Source of the DNA: a virus | DNA length: 64,000 bases | Strand: one strand, 5' to 3' | IMG/VR virus record: IMGVR_UViG_3300007352_000013 | Location: 32,001-96,000 of that record | Shown here: piece after piece, positions 46,886 to 57,336 of the stretch | Layout: each line of letters begins with the position of its first letter | Numbering within the stretch: the stretch's first letter is position 1 | Program-made: the position numbers and the translations under genes | The notes under the pieces: generated by a model | Databases searched by the model: none | What the model was told of the DNA's origin: nothing | The model's input: only the letters and a program-made list of their open reading frames with translations

Positions 46886-49196
46886 CATTTATGTACCATT
46901 GCACTGTCACTCTCATTACAGTTTATTAGATGGTTTATCTACACCAACAAAGATAGCAGAAAGATGTAAAGAAATAGGATCTCCATGCGCAACATTAACG
47001 GATCATGGTGGAATAGCCGGATGGGTAGAACTTCAAAAATCATGTAAAAAATTTGGTATTAAACCAATATTCGGAAGCGAATTATATCTTTGTGAAAAAG
47101 ATCCATCAATAAAAAATAAAGAAAATAATAAAAGATATCATCTTACTGTCTTAGCAAGAAATCAGAATGGTATAGAAGATTTGATGAAACTTATTAGTGA
47201 AAGTAATCGTCCCGATTATTTTTACAGAAAACCCAGATTAGATCTTAAGAATATATATAATTTCACTAAAAATAGAAACATAATATGTCTTTCTGGCTGT
47301 TTAGCTGGTGAACTTTCTGAAAATATATTCTCTGATATGAAGCAGGCGTGTATATATGGAGCGGATATAAAAAATATAGAGAGTGTAAGAAAATTATTGA
47401 AACCAAATTGGAAAGATATAGCCGAAAAAATAGTAGATAAATATATAAAAATATTTGGTAAAGAAAATTATTTCATAGAACTTCAGTCGGAAGGTATGAT
47501 TTCTCAAATAGTAACTGTTGAATGTCTAAGGGAACTTGCAAAAGCTTTGAACATACCAACAGTAGCAACTTTAGATAGTCATTATACGTGCAAAGGTGAT
47601 GCAGACGATCAAAGAATATTATTATATTCCCAAATGAGAACAACACAAGAAGAACAAGATAGATTACGTAAAAGTGGCGAAGATTCTATGGCATTTTTCT
47701 ATCTTGATAATTTTTATATATTCTCATATGATGAAATGAAAGAATTTTATGCAGATCATGAAATAGAACAAACATTAATAATATCTGATATGATTAAAAC
47801 ATCGTCATTAGGAAGGCAACCTTGCTTACCTAAATATAATACAGAAGAAAATATTACATCAGACAAACTTATAGAATCATTATGTATAAATGAAGCGAAA
47901 GAAAGATTTGCCAATTTTACACAAGATAAAAAGAGAGTATATTGGGAAAGACTCAAGAAAGAATTGTCTGTAATAGAAGAAGCAAAGTTGGCAGATTACT
48001 TCTTGATAGTATATGATGCTTGTAAATTTATAGACGCACATAATGCACCAAGAGGTAAGGGCAGAGGGTCTGGCGCTGGAAGCTTGGTCAATTATCTATT
48101 AAATATAACGCAGATAGATCCTATAGAATATAATCTTTATTTCGAAAGATTCTATAACGTATCAAGATCAATCCCACCACATTTTGATGTCGGGCCAATA
48201 AAATTTACTCAATGGTTATCAGATAATTATGGCAAAATAAATAAACAACAAATAGAAGAAGCTAGATGTTATATTATAAACAGAATAAGAGATAATATAA
48301 GAAATCATAAACTTAGTGTAAATAATAAATTGTTAAAAGAAGAAAGAGACTGGATAGACAAAAATAATCCTAAAATGTGGTTGTATATATCATATTGTTC
48401 TAAACAATTAGAACCACCAAATCCTAATAATTCACACATAACAGAATTTTATAATTCAAAAATAGAAAAACTGGATGGTAAATATAAAGTTGAAATAAAA
48501 ATAGATATTAATAAACCTGTGAAAATTAATGATGGCCATATAAGTCTACCGGATATAGATACTGATATAGGAGTTGAATTCAGAGAAAGGGTTGTTGAAT
48601 ATCTAATTAATAAATGGGGAGAAAATAAAGTTTCTCAAATGATAACATTTGGAAAATTAATGGGTAAGGCAGCTTTGAAAGAAGTGTTTAGAGCACAACC
48701 CGATCTCGTTAAACATCTGATGAAAGTTAAAGCAGAAAAAGAAGGAAAAGATCCTAATGATATAAATATTACACCATTGGATCTATGTAATGAAATAACG
48801 TCACTTATTCCGGACGAAGCAAGTATTATAGATGAATTACAACATATGAGAGATGAAACCGACGAAGATTATACCATACTTAATTGGGCTATAGATAATA
48901 TAGATAAAATGAAAGAATATTACCAATGGTATAAGCCATTATTCGATACTGCTATACGATTAGAAGGAACTAAAAAGAGTCAATCAAAACATCCTGCTGG
49001 ACTTGTTATATCCGATGTTCCAATAAATCAATTAGTTCCAATGGTTTATGAACCTAAGAATAAAACTAGAGTGGTTGGTTTTGAAATGGGCGCAGCAGAG
49101 TATATGGGATGCGTTAAGTTTGATTTCTTGGGTGTTGTAGCCTTAGACAAAATGTGGTACGCACAAAGTTTAATAAATGGCGTTACAAATGGGTAA
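46878..49196 (+). CDS. dnaE: DNA polymerase III alpha, N-terminal half (PHP + palm)
   Basis: LHCHSHYSLLDG, TDHG, DSHY, GRGSGAGSLV.YLL.IT..DP, PDIDTD, HPAG, KFDFLG then stop. Confidence 0.93.
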   Translation: MNNIYVPLHCHSHYSLLDGLSTPTKIAERCKEIGSPCATLTDHGGIAGWVELQKSCKKFGIKPIFGSELYLCEKDPSIKNKENNKRYHLTVLARNQNGIEDLMKLISESNRPDYFYRKPRLDLKNIYNFTKNRNIICLSGCLAGELSENIFSDMKQACIYGADIKNIESVRKLLKPNWKDIAEKIVDKYIKIFGKENYFIELQSEGMISQIVTVECLRELAKALNIPTVATLDSHYTCKGDADDQRILLYSQMRTTQEEQDRLRKSGEDSMAFFYLDNFYIFSYDEMKEFYADHEIEQTLIISDMIKTSSLGRQPCLPKYNTEENITSDKLIESLCINEAKERFANFTQDKKRVYWERLKKELSVIEEAKLADYFLIVYDACKFIDAHNAPRGKGRGSGAGSLVNYLLNITQIDPIEYNLYFERFYNVSRSIPPHFDVGPIKFTQWLSDNYGKINKQQIEEARCYIINRIRDNIRNHKLSVNNKLLKEERDWIDKNNPKMWLYISYCSKQLEPPNPNNSHITEFYNSKIEKLDGKYKVEIKIDINKPVKINDGHISLPDIDTDIGVEFRERVVEYLINKWGENKVSQMITFGKLMGKAALKEVFRAQPDLVKHLMKVKAEKEGKDPNDINITPLDLCNEITSLIPDEASIIDELQHMRDETDEDYTILNWAIDNIDKMKEYYQWYKPLFDTAIRLEGTKKSQSKHPAGLVISDVPINQLVPMVYEPKNKTRVVGFEMGAAEYMGCVKFDFLGVVALDKMWYAQSLINGVTNG

Positions 49197-49800
49197 AATA
49201 ATTGATTTAACAGGTAAAATATTCGGCAGATTAAAAGTTATAAAATTCTTTGGTAAAGATAAACAAAATCATGCTATTTGGACTTGTAAATGTGTATGTG
49301 GGAATACAAGGATGATACTTTCTAATAGTTTAAAAAGTGGCAAAACAAAAAGTTGTGGATGTCTATCTTCGGAAATAGCTTCTAAAAATATGACAAAACA
49401 CGGATTGAGTTGTATTAAAACATACCATATATGGAAAGGTATAAAAAATAGATGTAATAATCCAAATAATCCATCTTATTATAATTATGGAGGACGTGGT
49501 ATCAAGGTTTGTGAAAGATGGATGAAATTTGAAAATTTCTTTGAAGACATGGGAGAACCACCAACAAATAGGCACAGTATAGATAGAATAAATAATAATA
49601 AAGGTTATTCCAAGTCAAATTGTAGATGGACAACAAAAGATAAGCAAGTCAGAAATACAAGACACAATTATAATATAAAATATAAGGGAAAAACCAAATG
49701 TCTAAAAGATTGGGCGAATGAATTGAATATTCCATATGTGACAATATGGTATAGATTGCGCAAATTTAATTGGACAGTAAAAAGAGCTTTTGTTAAATAA
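49189..49800 (+). CDS. free-standing HNH-type homing endonuclease
   Basis: DLTGK.FGRL.V, C.C.CG, TKSCGC, YGGRGIKVC, SIDRINNNKGY..SNCRW. Confidence 0.78.
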   Translation: MGKIIDLTGKIFGRLKVIKFFGKDKQNHAIWTCKCVCGNTRMILSNSLKSGKTKSCGCLSSEIASKNMTKHGLSCIKTYHIWKGIKNRCNNPNNPSYYNYGGRGIKVCERWMKFENFFEDMGEPPTNRHSIDRINNNKGYSKSNCRWTTKDKQVRNTRHNYNIKYKGKTKCLKDWANELNIPYVTIWYRLRKFNWTVKRAFVK

Positions 49801-49826
49801 TAGTAAATTTTATAGGTAATTATTAT

Positions 49827-50429
49827 ATGAATAGAATGCAACAATTAGTAATGGAATTTCACAAAAAATTCGGACATACTAATAATAATAAACCAACATT
49901 AACAAACAAAGAACTTAATAAATTTAGAGAGAATTTGCTAGACGAAGAAATTCAGGAGCTTAAGGATGCAATAAATGCCGGTGATTTAGTTGAGATTGCC
50001 GATGCTTTGGGGGATGCACTATATGTTATATTCGGCACTTGTTGTTCACATGGTATAGATATAGAACCAATTTTTGAAGAAGTGCATAGATCTAATATGA
50101 GCAAAAGTTCTTCTGGAAGCAATTGTATAAAACAAAAAAAGGGTAAGAATTATTTTAAACCAAATATAAAATTAGTTCTTAATAAACAATTAATGAAGTG
50201 TAAAAATTGTAAATCAAATAATCTTATTCCTGATCATGCATGTCTATATATTGATGCTGTTGATTTAGATCATCGTCCATATTATTGTTATGACTGTTGT
50301 AATAGCAGTATTAAAAGGGCAGGGATAAAATCGCCAATATATTGTGAACATACTAATCAAATGCCCGCAAATTGTCCGTGCTTAAACGATTGTTATTGCA
50401 AAAATCATTCGTGTAAACAAATTGGATAA
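49827..50429 (+). CDS. MazG-like (PRA-PH) nucleotide pyrophosphohydrolase with Cys-rich tail
   Basis: FH.KFG, L.EE..EL, EIADALGDALYV..G, F.EVHRSNMSK. Confidence 0.85.
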   Translation: MNRMQQLVMEFHKKFGHTNNNKPTLTNKELNKFRENLLDEEIQELKDAINAGDLVEIADALGDALYVIFGTCCSHGIDIEPIFEEVHRSNMSKSSSGSNCIKQKKGKNYFKPNIKLVLNKQLMKCKNCKSNNLIPDHACLYIDAVDLDHRPYYCYDCCNSSIKRAGIKSPIYCEHTNQMPANCPCLNDCYCKNHSCKQIG

Positions 50430-51213
50430 TATAATGAATCAATTTAATTTTAATTGGAATTGTACTAATAAAGAATTGGTAATTTATGTTCCTAACTTTG
50501 GTCGTAAGCATCTACTAATTCCTACATTGAAAAGATTTAAAACTATCGTGCCATATACCAAATGGATGTGGCTGGTAGTTAACGATGGTATTGACGAAGA
50601 TATGTCTGATCTTGATAAGGAATTTAATCTTAAATGGTTTACTTTTCAAAGAGAACCAGCCAATGAACGAAATGGATGTATGATTAGAAATATGTGTATA
50701 AAGAACTGTATGAGTAAATGGCTTTGTACTAAAGACCCGGAAATAATCATAGAAGGCGATATTATATCTAAAATTTTAGATATTAAAGATGATATAGTTT
50801 ATAGACCAAGAGGAATGATTGAATTGTTTGAACAAAACACCCAACAAATAATAGATAATCCATTTTTAGATTTAACTGAATTACCAATATTGAGACAGTG
50901 GGAAGCTAATGATAAAAGGAATCAGGCTTTCCATGCTGGTTGTGCTATAAGAACACAAAGACTGAAAGATATGCGAGGATATGACGAGGGATATAGTGCA
51001 GGATATGGTTTTGAGGATTGGTCAATGCTTGAAAGACTTAAAAAATCAACAAGAGTTATTATAGATAATGATATACAAACTTATCATATCGGTCATCCAA
51101 TTATAAGAAAGTTCCACAAGACTATAGTAAATAATGAATCTATCTATAAAAAAGATTTACAAAATTTAAATATTATAGCCAATAAAAATGTTGAATGGGG
51201 TTATGGAGAATAA
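50422..51213 (+). CDS. glycosyltransferase (GT2/GT7-C-like)
   Basis: VVNDG, RN, KDPE, GYDE.Y..GYG.ED. Confidence 0.8.
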   Translation: MDNIMNQFNFNWNCTNKELVIYVPNFGRKHLLIPTLKRFKTIVPYTKWMWLVVNDGIDEDMSDLDKEFNLKWFTFQREPANERNGCMIRNMCIKNCMSKWLCTKDPEIIIEGDIISKILDIKDDIVYRPRGMIELFEQNTQQIIDNPFLDLTELPILRQWEANDKRNQAFHAGCAIRTQRLKDMRGYDEGYSAGYGFEDWSMLERLKKSTRVIIDNDIQTYHIGHPIIRKFHKTIVNNESIYKKDLQNLNIIANKNVEWGYGE

Positions 51214-51219
51214 AAATAA

Positions 51220-51858
51220 ATGCTAAATTTGTCTGGATTAAAATTTGGAAGATTAATAGCAAAAAATATAGTTGGATTAACAAAAGATAAAAGATGTCTT
51301 TGGCTGTGTGTTTGCGATTGCGGCAATACTAAAATATGTACATCTAAAAATTTAAAGGATGGATGCACTAAAAGTTGTGGTTGCTTAAAAAAGGAAACTG
51401 ATATAAAAAATGGAAAAGCAAATAAAAAACATGGATATAAAGGCACTAGAACATATAACATATGGAGAGATATGCTTGATAGATGTAAAAATGAAAAAAA
51501 TATAAGTTATAAAAACTACGGTGGTAGAGGAATTAAAGTTTGCGATAGATGGGATATTTCTGAAGGAGGTTCTTTCGAGAATTTTATTAAAGATATGGGT
51601 GAAATTCCAAAAGGATTGACTATTGATAGAATTGACAACAACGGGAATTATTGTCCAGAAAATTGTAAATTATCTACAAGAAAACAGCAAAGTAGGAATA
51701 CTAGAAAAAATCATTTAATAACTTTTGGCGGTAAAACTCAATGCTTATCTGCTTGGGCAGAAGAATACAACATATGTTTACAAACATTATGGTATAGAAT
51801 AAAAAGGGGATTATCAATTAAAGATGCTATTAATATCCGGAAAGATAATTATGAATAA
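51220..51858 (+). CDS. free-standing HNH-type homing endonuclease
   Basis: G.KFGRL, C.CDCG, TKSCGC, LTIDRIDNNGNYCPENC. Confidence 0.78.
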   Translation: MLNLSGLKFGRLIAKNIVGLTKDKRCLWLCVCDCGNTKICTSKNLKDGCTKSCGCLKKETDIKNGKANKKHGYKGTRTYNIWRDMLDRCKNEKNISYKNYGGRGIKVCDRWDISEGGSFENFIKDMGEIPKGLTIDRIDNNGNYCPENCKLSTRKQQSRNTRKNHLITFGGKTQCLSAWAEEYNICLQTLWYRIKRGLSIKDAINIRKDNYE

Positions 51859-52453
51859 AAATATAATAATAGGATTAGGAACGGGACGATGCGGCACCGT
51901 TACTTTAGCACATTTGTTAAATAAACAGCCAAATTTTAGTGTCACGCATGAATTTAATCCTACTTTTTGGGAATTTGATTACGGGTCTTTGATATTCCTT
52001 TTGAATAAACTAGAAAAAAGAACGCAGAATAATATTGGTGATATAGCCTATTATCATCTTAATTATTGTGAGCATATATTAGATAAAATTAATAATGTTA
52101 AATTTCCTATAATGATTAGGAACAAAGAAGATGTTGTTAAAAGTTACATGAAGTGGACTAACGGACGTAATCATTGGTCAAAAGAAAGATCTAGAAATGA
52201 AAAAGAAGACAAATATTGGGATAAAACTTATCCAAAGTATAATTTACCAAAAATAGAAGCACTTAATAAATATTATGACGATTACTACACAAAGTGCAAT
52301 GATTTAATAAATAAGTATCCAAATAAATTCAAGTTATTTGAAATGCTTGAAACATTTAATACTGAATCTGGACAAAATAATTTATTAGATTTTATTGGTA
52401 TAAATGAGAATGACAGGATATTAGATATTGGAATTAGGAAAAATGCTTCTTGA
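51851..52453 (+). CDS. sulfotransferase-family protein
   Basis: PAPS-binding-like loop IGLGTGRCGT.TL..LL, .THE, R....VV.S. Confidence 0.65.
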   Translation: MNKNIIIGLGTGRCGTVTLAHLLNKQPNFSVTHEFNPTFWEFDYGSLIFLLNKLEKRTQNNIGDIAYYHLNYCEHILDKINNVKFPIMIRNKEDVVKSYMKWTNGRNHWSKERSRNEKEDKYWDKTYPKYNLPKIEALNKYYDDYYTKCNDLINKYPNKFKLFEMLETFNTESGQNNLLDFIGINENDRILDIGIRKNAS

Positions 52454-53165
52454 TAAAGTAACATTATTAATAAAAACATTTGAAAGACCAGACTGTTTAA
52501 AAAAATTGCTTAATAGCATATATAAATATTATAAAAATATTCCAATAATAGTAGTAAACGATGGCGTTCCAATAAATGACATTCCAAATGTATTTCAAAT
52601 CAATGTTGACTTCGATATGGGCGCTTCATATTGTAGAAATCTGGGATTATCAATGGTTAATACACCCTATGTTGTCACGCTCGATGACGATTTTATATTT
52701 AATGAAAGAACCAAATTAGAGACATGGTTAGATATACTTGAAAATACTTCTATTGATTTGATTTCTGGCGACGTAACAAATACGAGATATGAAGCTTGTT
52801 TTAAATTAGAAAATAAAATTTTACAATTTGTTAGAAAAAATAAAGGTATAGAATCTGGTTATCCGTTATATGATATAGTTCTTCAGTTTTGGATGGCAAG
52901 AACAGAAAAAATAAGATCTTTTGGTGGATGGTGCAATGAATTTAAAACAATAGATCATATGCCCTTTTTTATAAATGCTTTTAACAAAATTAAGATAGCG
53001 TATTGTAATAGCGTATACGTAGACCATAAACAAGAAAGAACAAAAGAATATAATAGATTTAGACAAGATAGATCTCAAATGTATTTTGATTTGATTTTAG
53101 ATAAATTTAATTTAAATAAAATAATAGGATATTGGGGCAATGTTGTTTCGGAAAAAAGAAAATGA
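52443..53165 (+). CDS. GT2 glycosyltransferase
   Basis: IKTFERP.CL..L, VVNDG, G.S..RN.G, TPY...LDDD. Confidence 0.85.
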   Translation: MLLDKVTLLIKTFERPDCLKKLLNSIYKYYKNIPIIVVNDGVPINDIPNVFQINVDFDMGASYCRNLGLSMVNTPYVVTLDDDFIFNERTKLETWLDILENTSIDLISGDVTNTRYEACFKLENKILQFVRKNKGIESGYPLYDIVLQFWMARTEKIRSFGGWCNEFKTIDHMPFFINAFNKIKIAYCNSVYVDHKQERTKEYNRFRQDRSQMYFDLILDKFNLNKIIGYWGNVVSEKRK

Positions 53166-53977
53166 TATCATTTAAAAATTTCGATTGGAAACAAACAAAT
53201 AAAGAACTTGTATTATTAATCCCAAATTTTGGTCGTGGAAAATATGTAAGACAAACATTAAATAATCTTATAGAAACTTCTATTTCAAAAGACAGATGGG
53301 TAATTTTGCTTATTAATGATTCTATACATGAAGATTTTAGCGATTTAGAAAATGAAAATATTTTATATTTTACTGTAGAAAGAAATAGTAAACATGAAAG
53401 GGGTGATGCTTTCATGAGAAATATTTGTATTAAATATTCACAATCAAAATTGCTGGCACAAAAAGACCCTGAAATTTTTTATACTAATGATTTTATAAAA
53501 GGATGTTTTAACAATCAGGGTGTATTGTATAGATGTGGTGGTATGGCACATTTAGCCAAAGAACAAGACACACATAATTATCTTGATAATAATATTGATG
53601 TTAATAAATTGATTAAAAATTCTGATAAATATCCAATAACAGAAAGATTTGTTTATTGGCATTTCGGTCATTGCGCACCAATAGAATGTTTTAGAAAATT
53701 AAATGGATACGATGAAGATTTTAAATATTATGGATATGTAGATACGAATATGTGGGATAGACTAATGAAGTCCGGATTAAAACAACGTATTGATCCAACC
53801 TGTAACCCCATACACTTATGGCATCCAAAACCCCATTTTAAAACTCACGAAAGAGACATAAAGAGATACGAAGCTATGGGTAAGCTTTATAATAACAAAA
53901 TAAATCAAGATATAGTTGCTAATATTAATGTCGAATGGGGCGAGGGCGATACCTTATATTTACCGGAGATAATATAA
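53162..53977 (+). CDS. glycosyltransferase (GT2/GT7-C-like), paralog of 50422-51213
   Basis: W..TNKELV...PNFGR, KDPE, GYDEDF.YYG..D, HLWH, AN.NVEWG. Confidence 0.8.
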   Translation: MISFKNFDWKQTNKELVLLIPNFGRGKYVRQTLNNLIETSISKDRWVILLINDSIHEDFSDLENENILYFTVERNSKHERGDAFMRNICIKYSQSKLLAQKDPEIFYTNDFIKGCFNNQGVLYRCGGMAHLAKEQDTHNYLDNNIDVNKLIKNSDKYPITERFVYWHFGHCAPIECFRKLNGYDEDFKYYGYVDTNMWDRLMKSGLKQRIDPTCNPIHLWHPKPHFKTHERDIKRYEAMGKLYNNKINQDIVANINVEWGEGDTLYLPEII

Positions 53978-54711
53978 TGAATAATGTAATAATACTTGGA
54001 GCCGGTAGAAGCGGAACAAGTGCAATAGCCGGTTCTTTTCTTGGTGACTTTAATCGTGGAGGCACTTTGCATTTACCGAATGATGCAAATCCAAGGGGCT
54101 TTTTTGAATCAAACAATGTTAATAGAATAAACGACGATTTACTCTGGATGTGTAAAGCAGTTAGAACAACAAGGGGTTTAAAACAAGGATGGTTGACGGC
54201 ACTTGATAAAAGCCATTTACTTTGTGAAACAACAAAAAACATAGAAGATAGAATAGAAAATACGATAGAAAACAAACCCGTATTATTAAAAGATCCAAGA
54301 TTTTCTTACACTCTTCCTGTATGGTTAAGATATTTATCAAATTTGAAGATTGTGTGCGTATTCAGAAATCCTCAACAATTTCTATCAAGTTTATTATATC
54401 ATTGTAAAACACAACAATATCTTAAAGAAATAGTTGTTGATCCAGAATTTTTCCAAGAAGTTTGGATTTCTATGTACAAATATATTTTAAAGTATTACAT
54501 TAGATTAAATATTTTATTTATAAATTATTCAGAAATATTATATGGAGATGGGCTTAAAAAGTTATCGGACTTTACCGGATACAAAACGAATTGCAATTTT
54601 CCAGAAAAAACTCTACAAAGATCGAACAATAATCAACAAGTAGCGTATAATTTATTAGAAGTTTACGAAGAACTTTGTAATCTTGCTAATTGTCCAGAAG
54701 TTTTGAGATAA
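53977..54711 (+). CDS. sulfotransferase-family protein
   Basis: ILGAGRSGTS, NPRGFFE, LKDPR...L, VFRNP....SSL. Confidence 0.8.
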   Translation: MNNVIILGAGRSGTSAIAGSFLGDFNRGGTLHLPNDANPRGFFESNNVNRINDDLLWMCKAVRTTRGLKQGWLTALDKSHLLCETTKNIEDRIENTIENKPVLLKDPRFSYTLPVWLRYLSNLKIVCVFRNPQQFLSSLLYHCKTQQYLKEIVVDPEFFQEVWISMYKYILKYYIRLNILFINYSEILYGDGLKKLSDFTGYKTNCNFPEKTLQRSNNNQQVAYNLLEVYEELCNLANCPEVLR

Positions 54712-54714
54712 AAT

Positions 54715-55791
54715 ATGTTTATAAAAACTATACCTCAATTCCAACCATTGAATAGACGTAAAGATGCTAAAGCTGTTTATAAAGCTATACGTAAAGGGAA
54801 TTTAGGTCCGGGTGCCGTTTGTTTAAAATTAGAAGAACGGATTAAACAATTAACGGGGGCAAAACATTGCCTAACAACCACGAGCGGAACAACAGCCCTT
54901 ATAATGGCCATAGAAGCCCTAGATTTGCCCAGGGGTTCAACGATCTTGTTTCCAAGCTATACTTTCCTTGCCGGAGCTAATGCGGCCCGTTTTATGGGTT
55001 ATAAAGTAAAGCTTATAGATATACATCCAGACACGATATGTATGAGCGCACTAGAATTAGAAGAAAAAATTAATAAAAATGTCAGTTGTGTAATATTTGT
55101 AAATCATAACGCCAGATCGCGTTATCATGGATTTGGCATAGATTACGCTAAATCAATATGTGAGAAACATAATATTCCAATAATAGAAGATTCGTGTCAG
55201 TCTATTGGGGTTAAAAATGCTGGTAGGACCGGAAATATAGGGGTGTTCTCTTTCAGTGTTCCAAAACTTATTACGGGCGGACAAGGTGGAGCTATTATAA
55301 CTGATGACGATAAACTTGCTAAGAGACTTTCTGAAATAAGAGATCATGGTGACAATTGGCGAAAAAATCGTATTCATAAAAATATTGGTGTTAACTTTCG
55401 TTATAATGATATCCAAGCGAGTTACGTATTATCTCAATTGAATGATATTCAGGAATTATTAACTAAAAGGTGGATGCTATGCAATGAGTATAGTAAATAC
55501 ATAAATATAGAAAGTTTTGATTGTATAACATTTTCTAATGAAACCCCTTGGATGGTAATATATAAATCTAAGAATGCTGATAAAATAATAGAAGCATTAG
55601 CCGAAAAGAAAATACAAGCAGTTAAATATTACAGACCAATTAATGAGAATAAACCATATAAAACAAGATTAAAATTTCCAGTGGCCGAACAGATGGCACA
55701 CGAATTAGTATATTTGCCGTCAAGCTTAAATTTATCAAAGAAACAAATAAGAAAAATATGTAATATTATTTTAAAAGTAGAAAGGAATTAA
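54715..55791 (+). CDS. DegT/DnrJ/EryC1/StrS PLP aminotransferase
   Basis: SGT.AL, PSYTF.A.ANA, IEDSCQ, FSF...KLIT.GQGG, G.N.R. Confidence 0.92.
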   Translation: MFIKTIPQFQPLNRRKDAKAVYKAIRKGNLGPGAVCLKLEERIKQLTGAKHCLTTTSGTTALIMAIEALDLPRGSTILFPSYTFLAGANAARFMGYKVKLIDIHPDTICMSALELEEKINKNVSCVIFVNHNARSRYHGFGIDYAKSICEKHNIPIIEDSCQSIGVKNAGRTGNIGVFSFSVPKLITGGQGGAIITDDDKLAKRLSEIRDHGDNWRKNRIHKNIGVNFRYNDIQASYVLSQLNDIQELLTKRWMLCNEYSKYINIESFDCITFSNETPWMVIYKSKNADKIIEALAEKKIQAVKYYRPINENKPYKTRLKFPVAEQMAHELVYLPSSLNLSKKQIRKICNIILKVERN

Positions 55792-55793
55792 TA

Positions 55794-56018
55794 ATGAATG
55801 TTTTGGCGATAGTTGTTTTTTGGATATTATCTTTTTGTTCACCAATTTTGATTGCACACCCATGTTATTGTCCAGATAGTGATCTACAAGCATCTTTCCC
55901 CTGTGATTGTAGTAGAGTCAGAGATGAAATGAATGAGTGTGGTGAATGTTTTATGGATATAGGTATATGTGGCGATGTTACAGATGAAGAATGCGGTTGG
56001 TATTTATTAGCCTATTAA
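55794..56018 (+). CDS. small secreted Cys-rich acidic protein
   Basis: Hydrophobic N-terminus; nine Cys in total. Confidence 0.5.
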   Translation: MNVLAIVVFWILSFCSPILIAHPCYCPDSDLQASFPCDCSRVRDEMNECGECFMDIGICGDVTDEECGWYLLAY

Positions 56019-56031
56019 TAAGAGGAAGATT

Positions 56032-57018
56032 ATGGGTAAGAAAAGGGCATTAATATTCGGTATAACTGGTCAAGACGGTTCTTATTTAGCTGAACATTTG
56101 CTTGAATTGAATTATGACATATTTGGAACAGTGAGGCGGAATTCTGTTCCGGAAAGCCAAGGTACTAGAATAGACCATCTTTCTGGTTTAATAACAACAT
56201 CATATGCAGATTTAAGCGACAATTCATCTATAGAAAGAATTATTAAAGATTGTCATCCAGATGAAATATATAATTTAGCAGCACAATCACATGTAAGAAT
56301 AGGTGCCGATATTCCATTATATACAGTACAGACCAACGCTCTTGGAGTGGCTAACATTTTAGAAGCTTATAGAAAATTCGCACCAAATGCCAAGTTCTAT
56401 CAGGCATCTTCTAGTGAAATGTTCGGTAACAATGTTGATAAAGATGGATTCCAAAGAGAAACAACGCCTATGGAACCAGTTTCAGTTTATGGATGCACCA
56501 AATTATTCGCATTCAATCTCGTTAAATATTATCGTCGAGCATTTAATCTATTCGCTTGCAATGGCATTCTGTTCAATCACGAATCGCCACGTAGAGGAAG
56601 TAATTTTGTTACATCTAAAGTAGTTAAAACGGCAGTAGAAATTTCATTGGGTATTAGTGATAAATTAATTCTTGGAAATCTTGATAGCTATAGGGATTGG
56701 GGTCATAGCTATGATTACGTCAGAGCTATGAAATTGATTCTTGATGAAAATGGACCAAATGATTTTGTTGTTGCAACAGGAGAAACGCATTCTGTTAGAG
56801 AAATGTGCGAATATGTTTTTAATAGATTAGATTTAGATTATAGAGATTATATTGAAATAAATCCGGCATTTTATAGACCAGAAGAATTAAAATATTTAAA
56901 GGGTGATAGCACAAGAGCCAGAAATATTCTTGGATGGAAACCAAAATTTACTTTCCAAACTATGTTGGATGATATGATCTATCATTGGCAAAAAGAATTA
57001 GTTACCAAAAGGAATTAA
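56032..57018 (+). CDS. gmd: GDP-mannose 4,6-dehydratase
   Basis: GITGQDGSYLAE, YNLAAQSHV, YQASSSE.FG, P.S.YG..K, GILFNHESPRRG.NFVT.K, RDWG. Confidence 0.96.
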   Translation: MGKKRALIFGITGQDGSYLAEHLLELNYDIFGTVRRNSVPESQGTRIDHLSGLITTSYADLSDNSSIERIIKDCHPDEIYNLAAQSHVRIGADIPLYTVQTNALGVANILEAYRKFAPNAKFYQASSSEMFGNNVDKDGFQRETTPMEPVSVYGCTKLFAFNLVKYYRRAFNLFACNGILFNHESPRRGSNFVTSKVVKTAVEISLGISDKLILGNLDSYRDWGHSYDYVRAMKLILDENGPNDFVVATGETHSVREMCEYVFNRLDLDYRDYIEINPAFYRPEELKYLKGDSTRARNILGWKPKFTFQTMLDDMIYHWQKELVTKRN

Positions 57019-57019
57019 T

Positions 57020-57310
57020 ATGTCTAAAATTAGAGTATATGATCGTGAAATAAATAATATAGTTAATTACCTTAATAAGCTTTTAGAATTAGATCGTGCA
57101 GCTATTAATAAATTATTTTTAGATAATTATGTTGTAGTTAATAAAAATATAATGAATCATAAATATGCCCAAGTAAGAATGGATGGTAAATTTGGAATCC
57201 TCGGTTTAATAAATGGAATTATTATTCCGCACAATAGAGTTATTTATATGGATTTGGACGAAAAAGAAAATATAATAAAATTTAGATCGAGTAAATACAA
57301 AAATGATTAA
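57020..57310 (+). CDS. hypothetical protein
   Basis: 96 aa; L..LLELD..A...L, G.LGLING. Confidence 0.55.
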   Translation: MSKIRVYDREINNIVNYLNKLLELDRAAINKLFLDNYVVVNKNIMNHKYAQVRMDGKFGILGLINGIIIPHNRVIYMDLDEKENIIKFRSSKYKND

Positions 57311-57336
57311 TAGAATTATCACAAAAGGAAAATATA

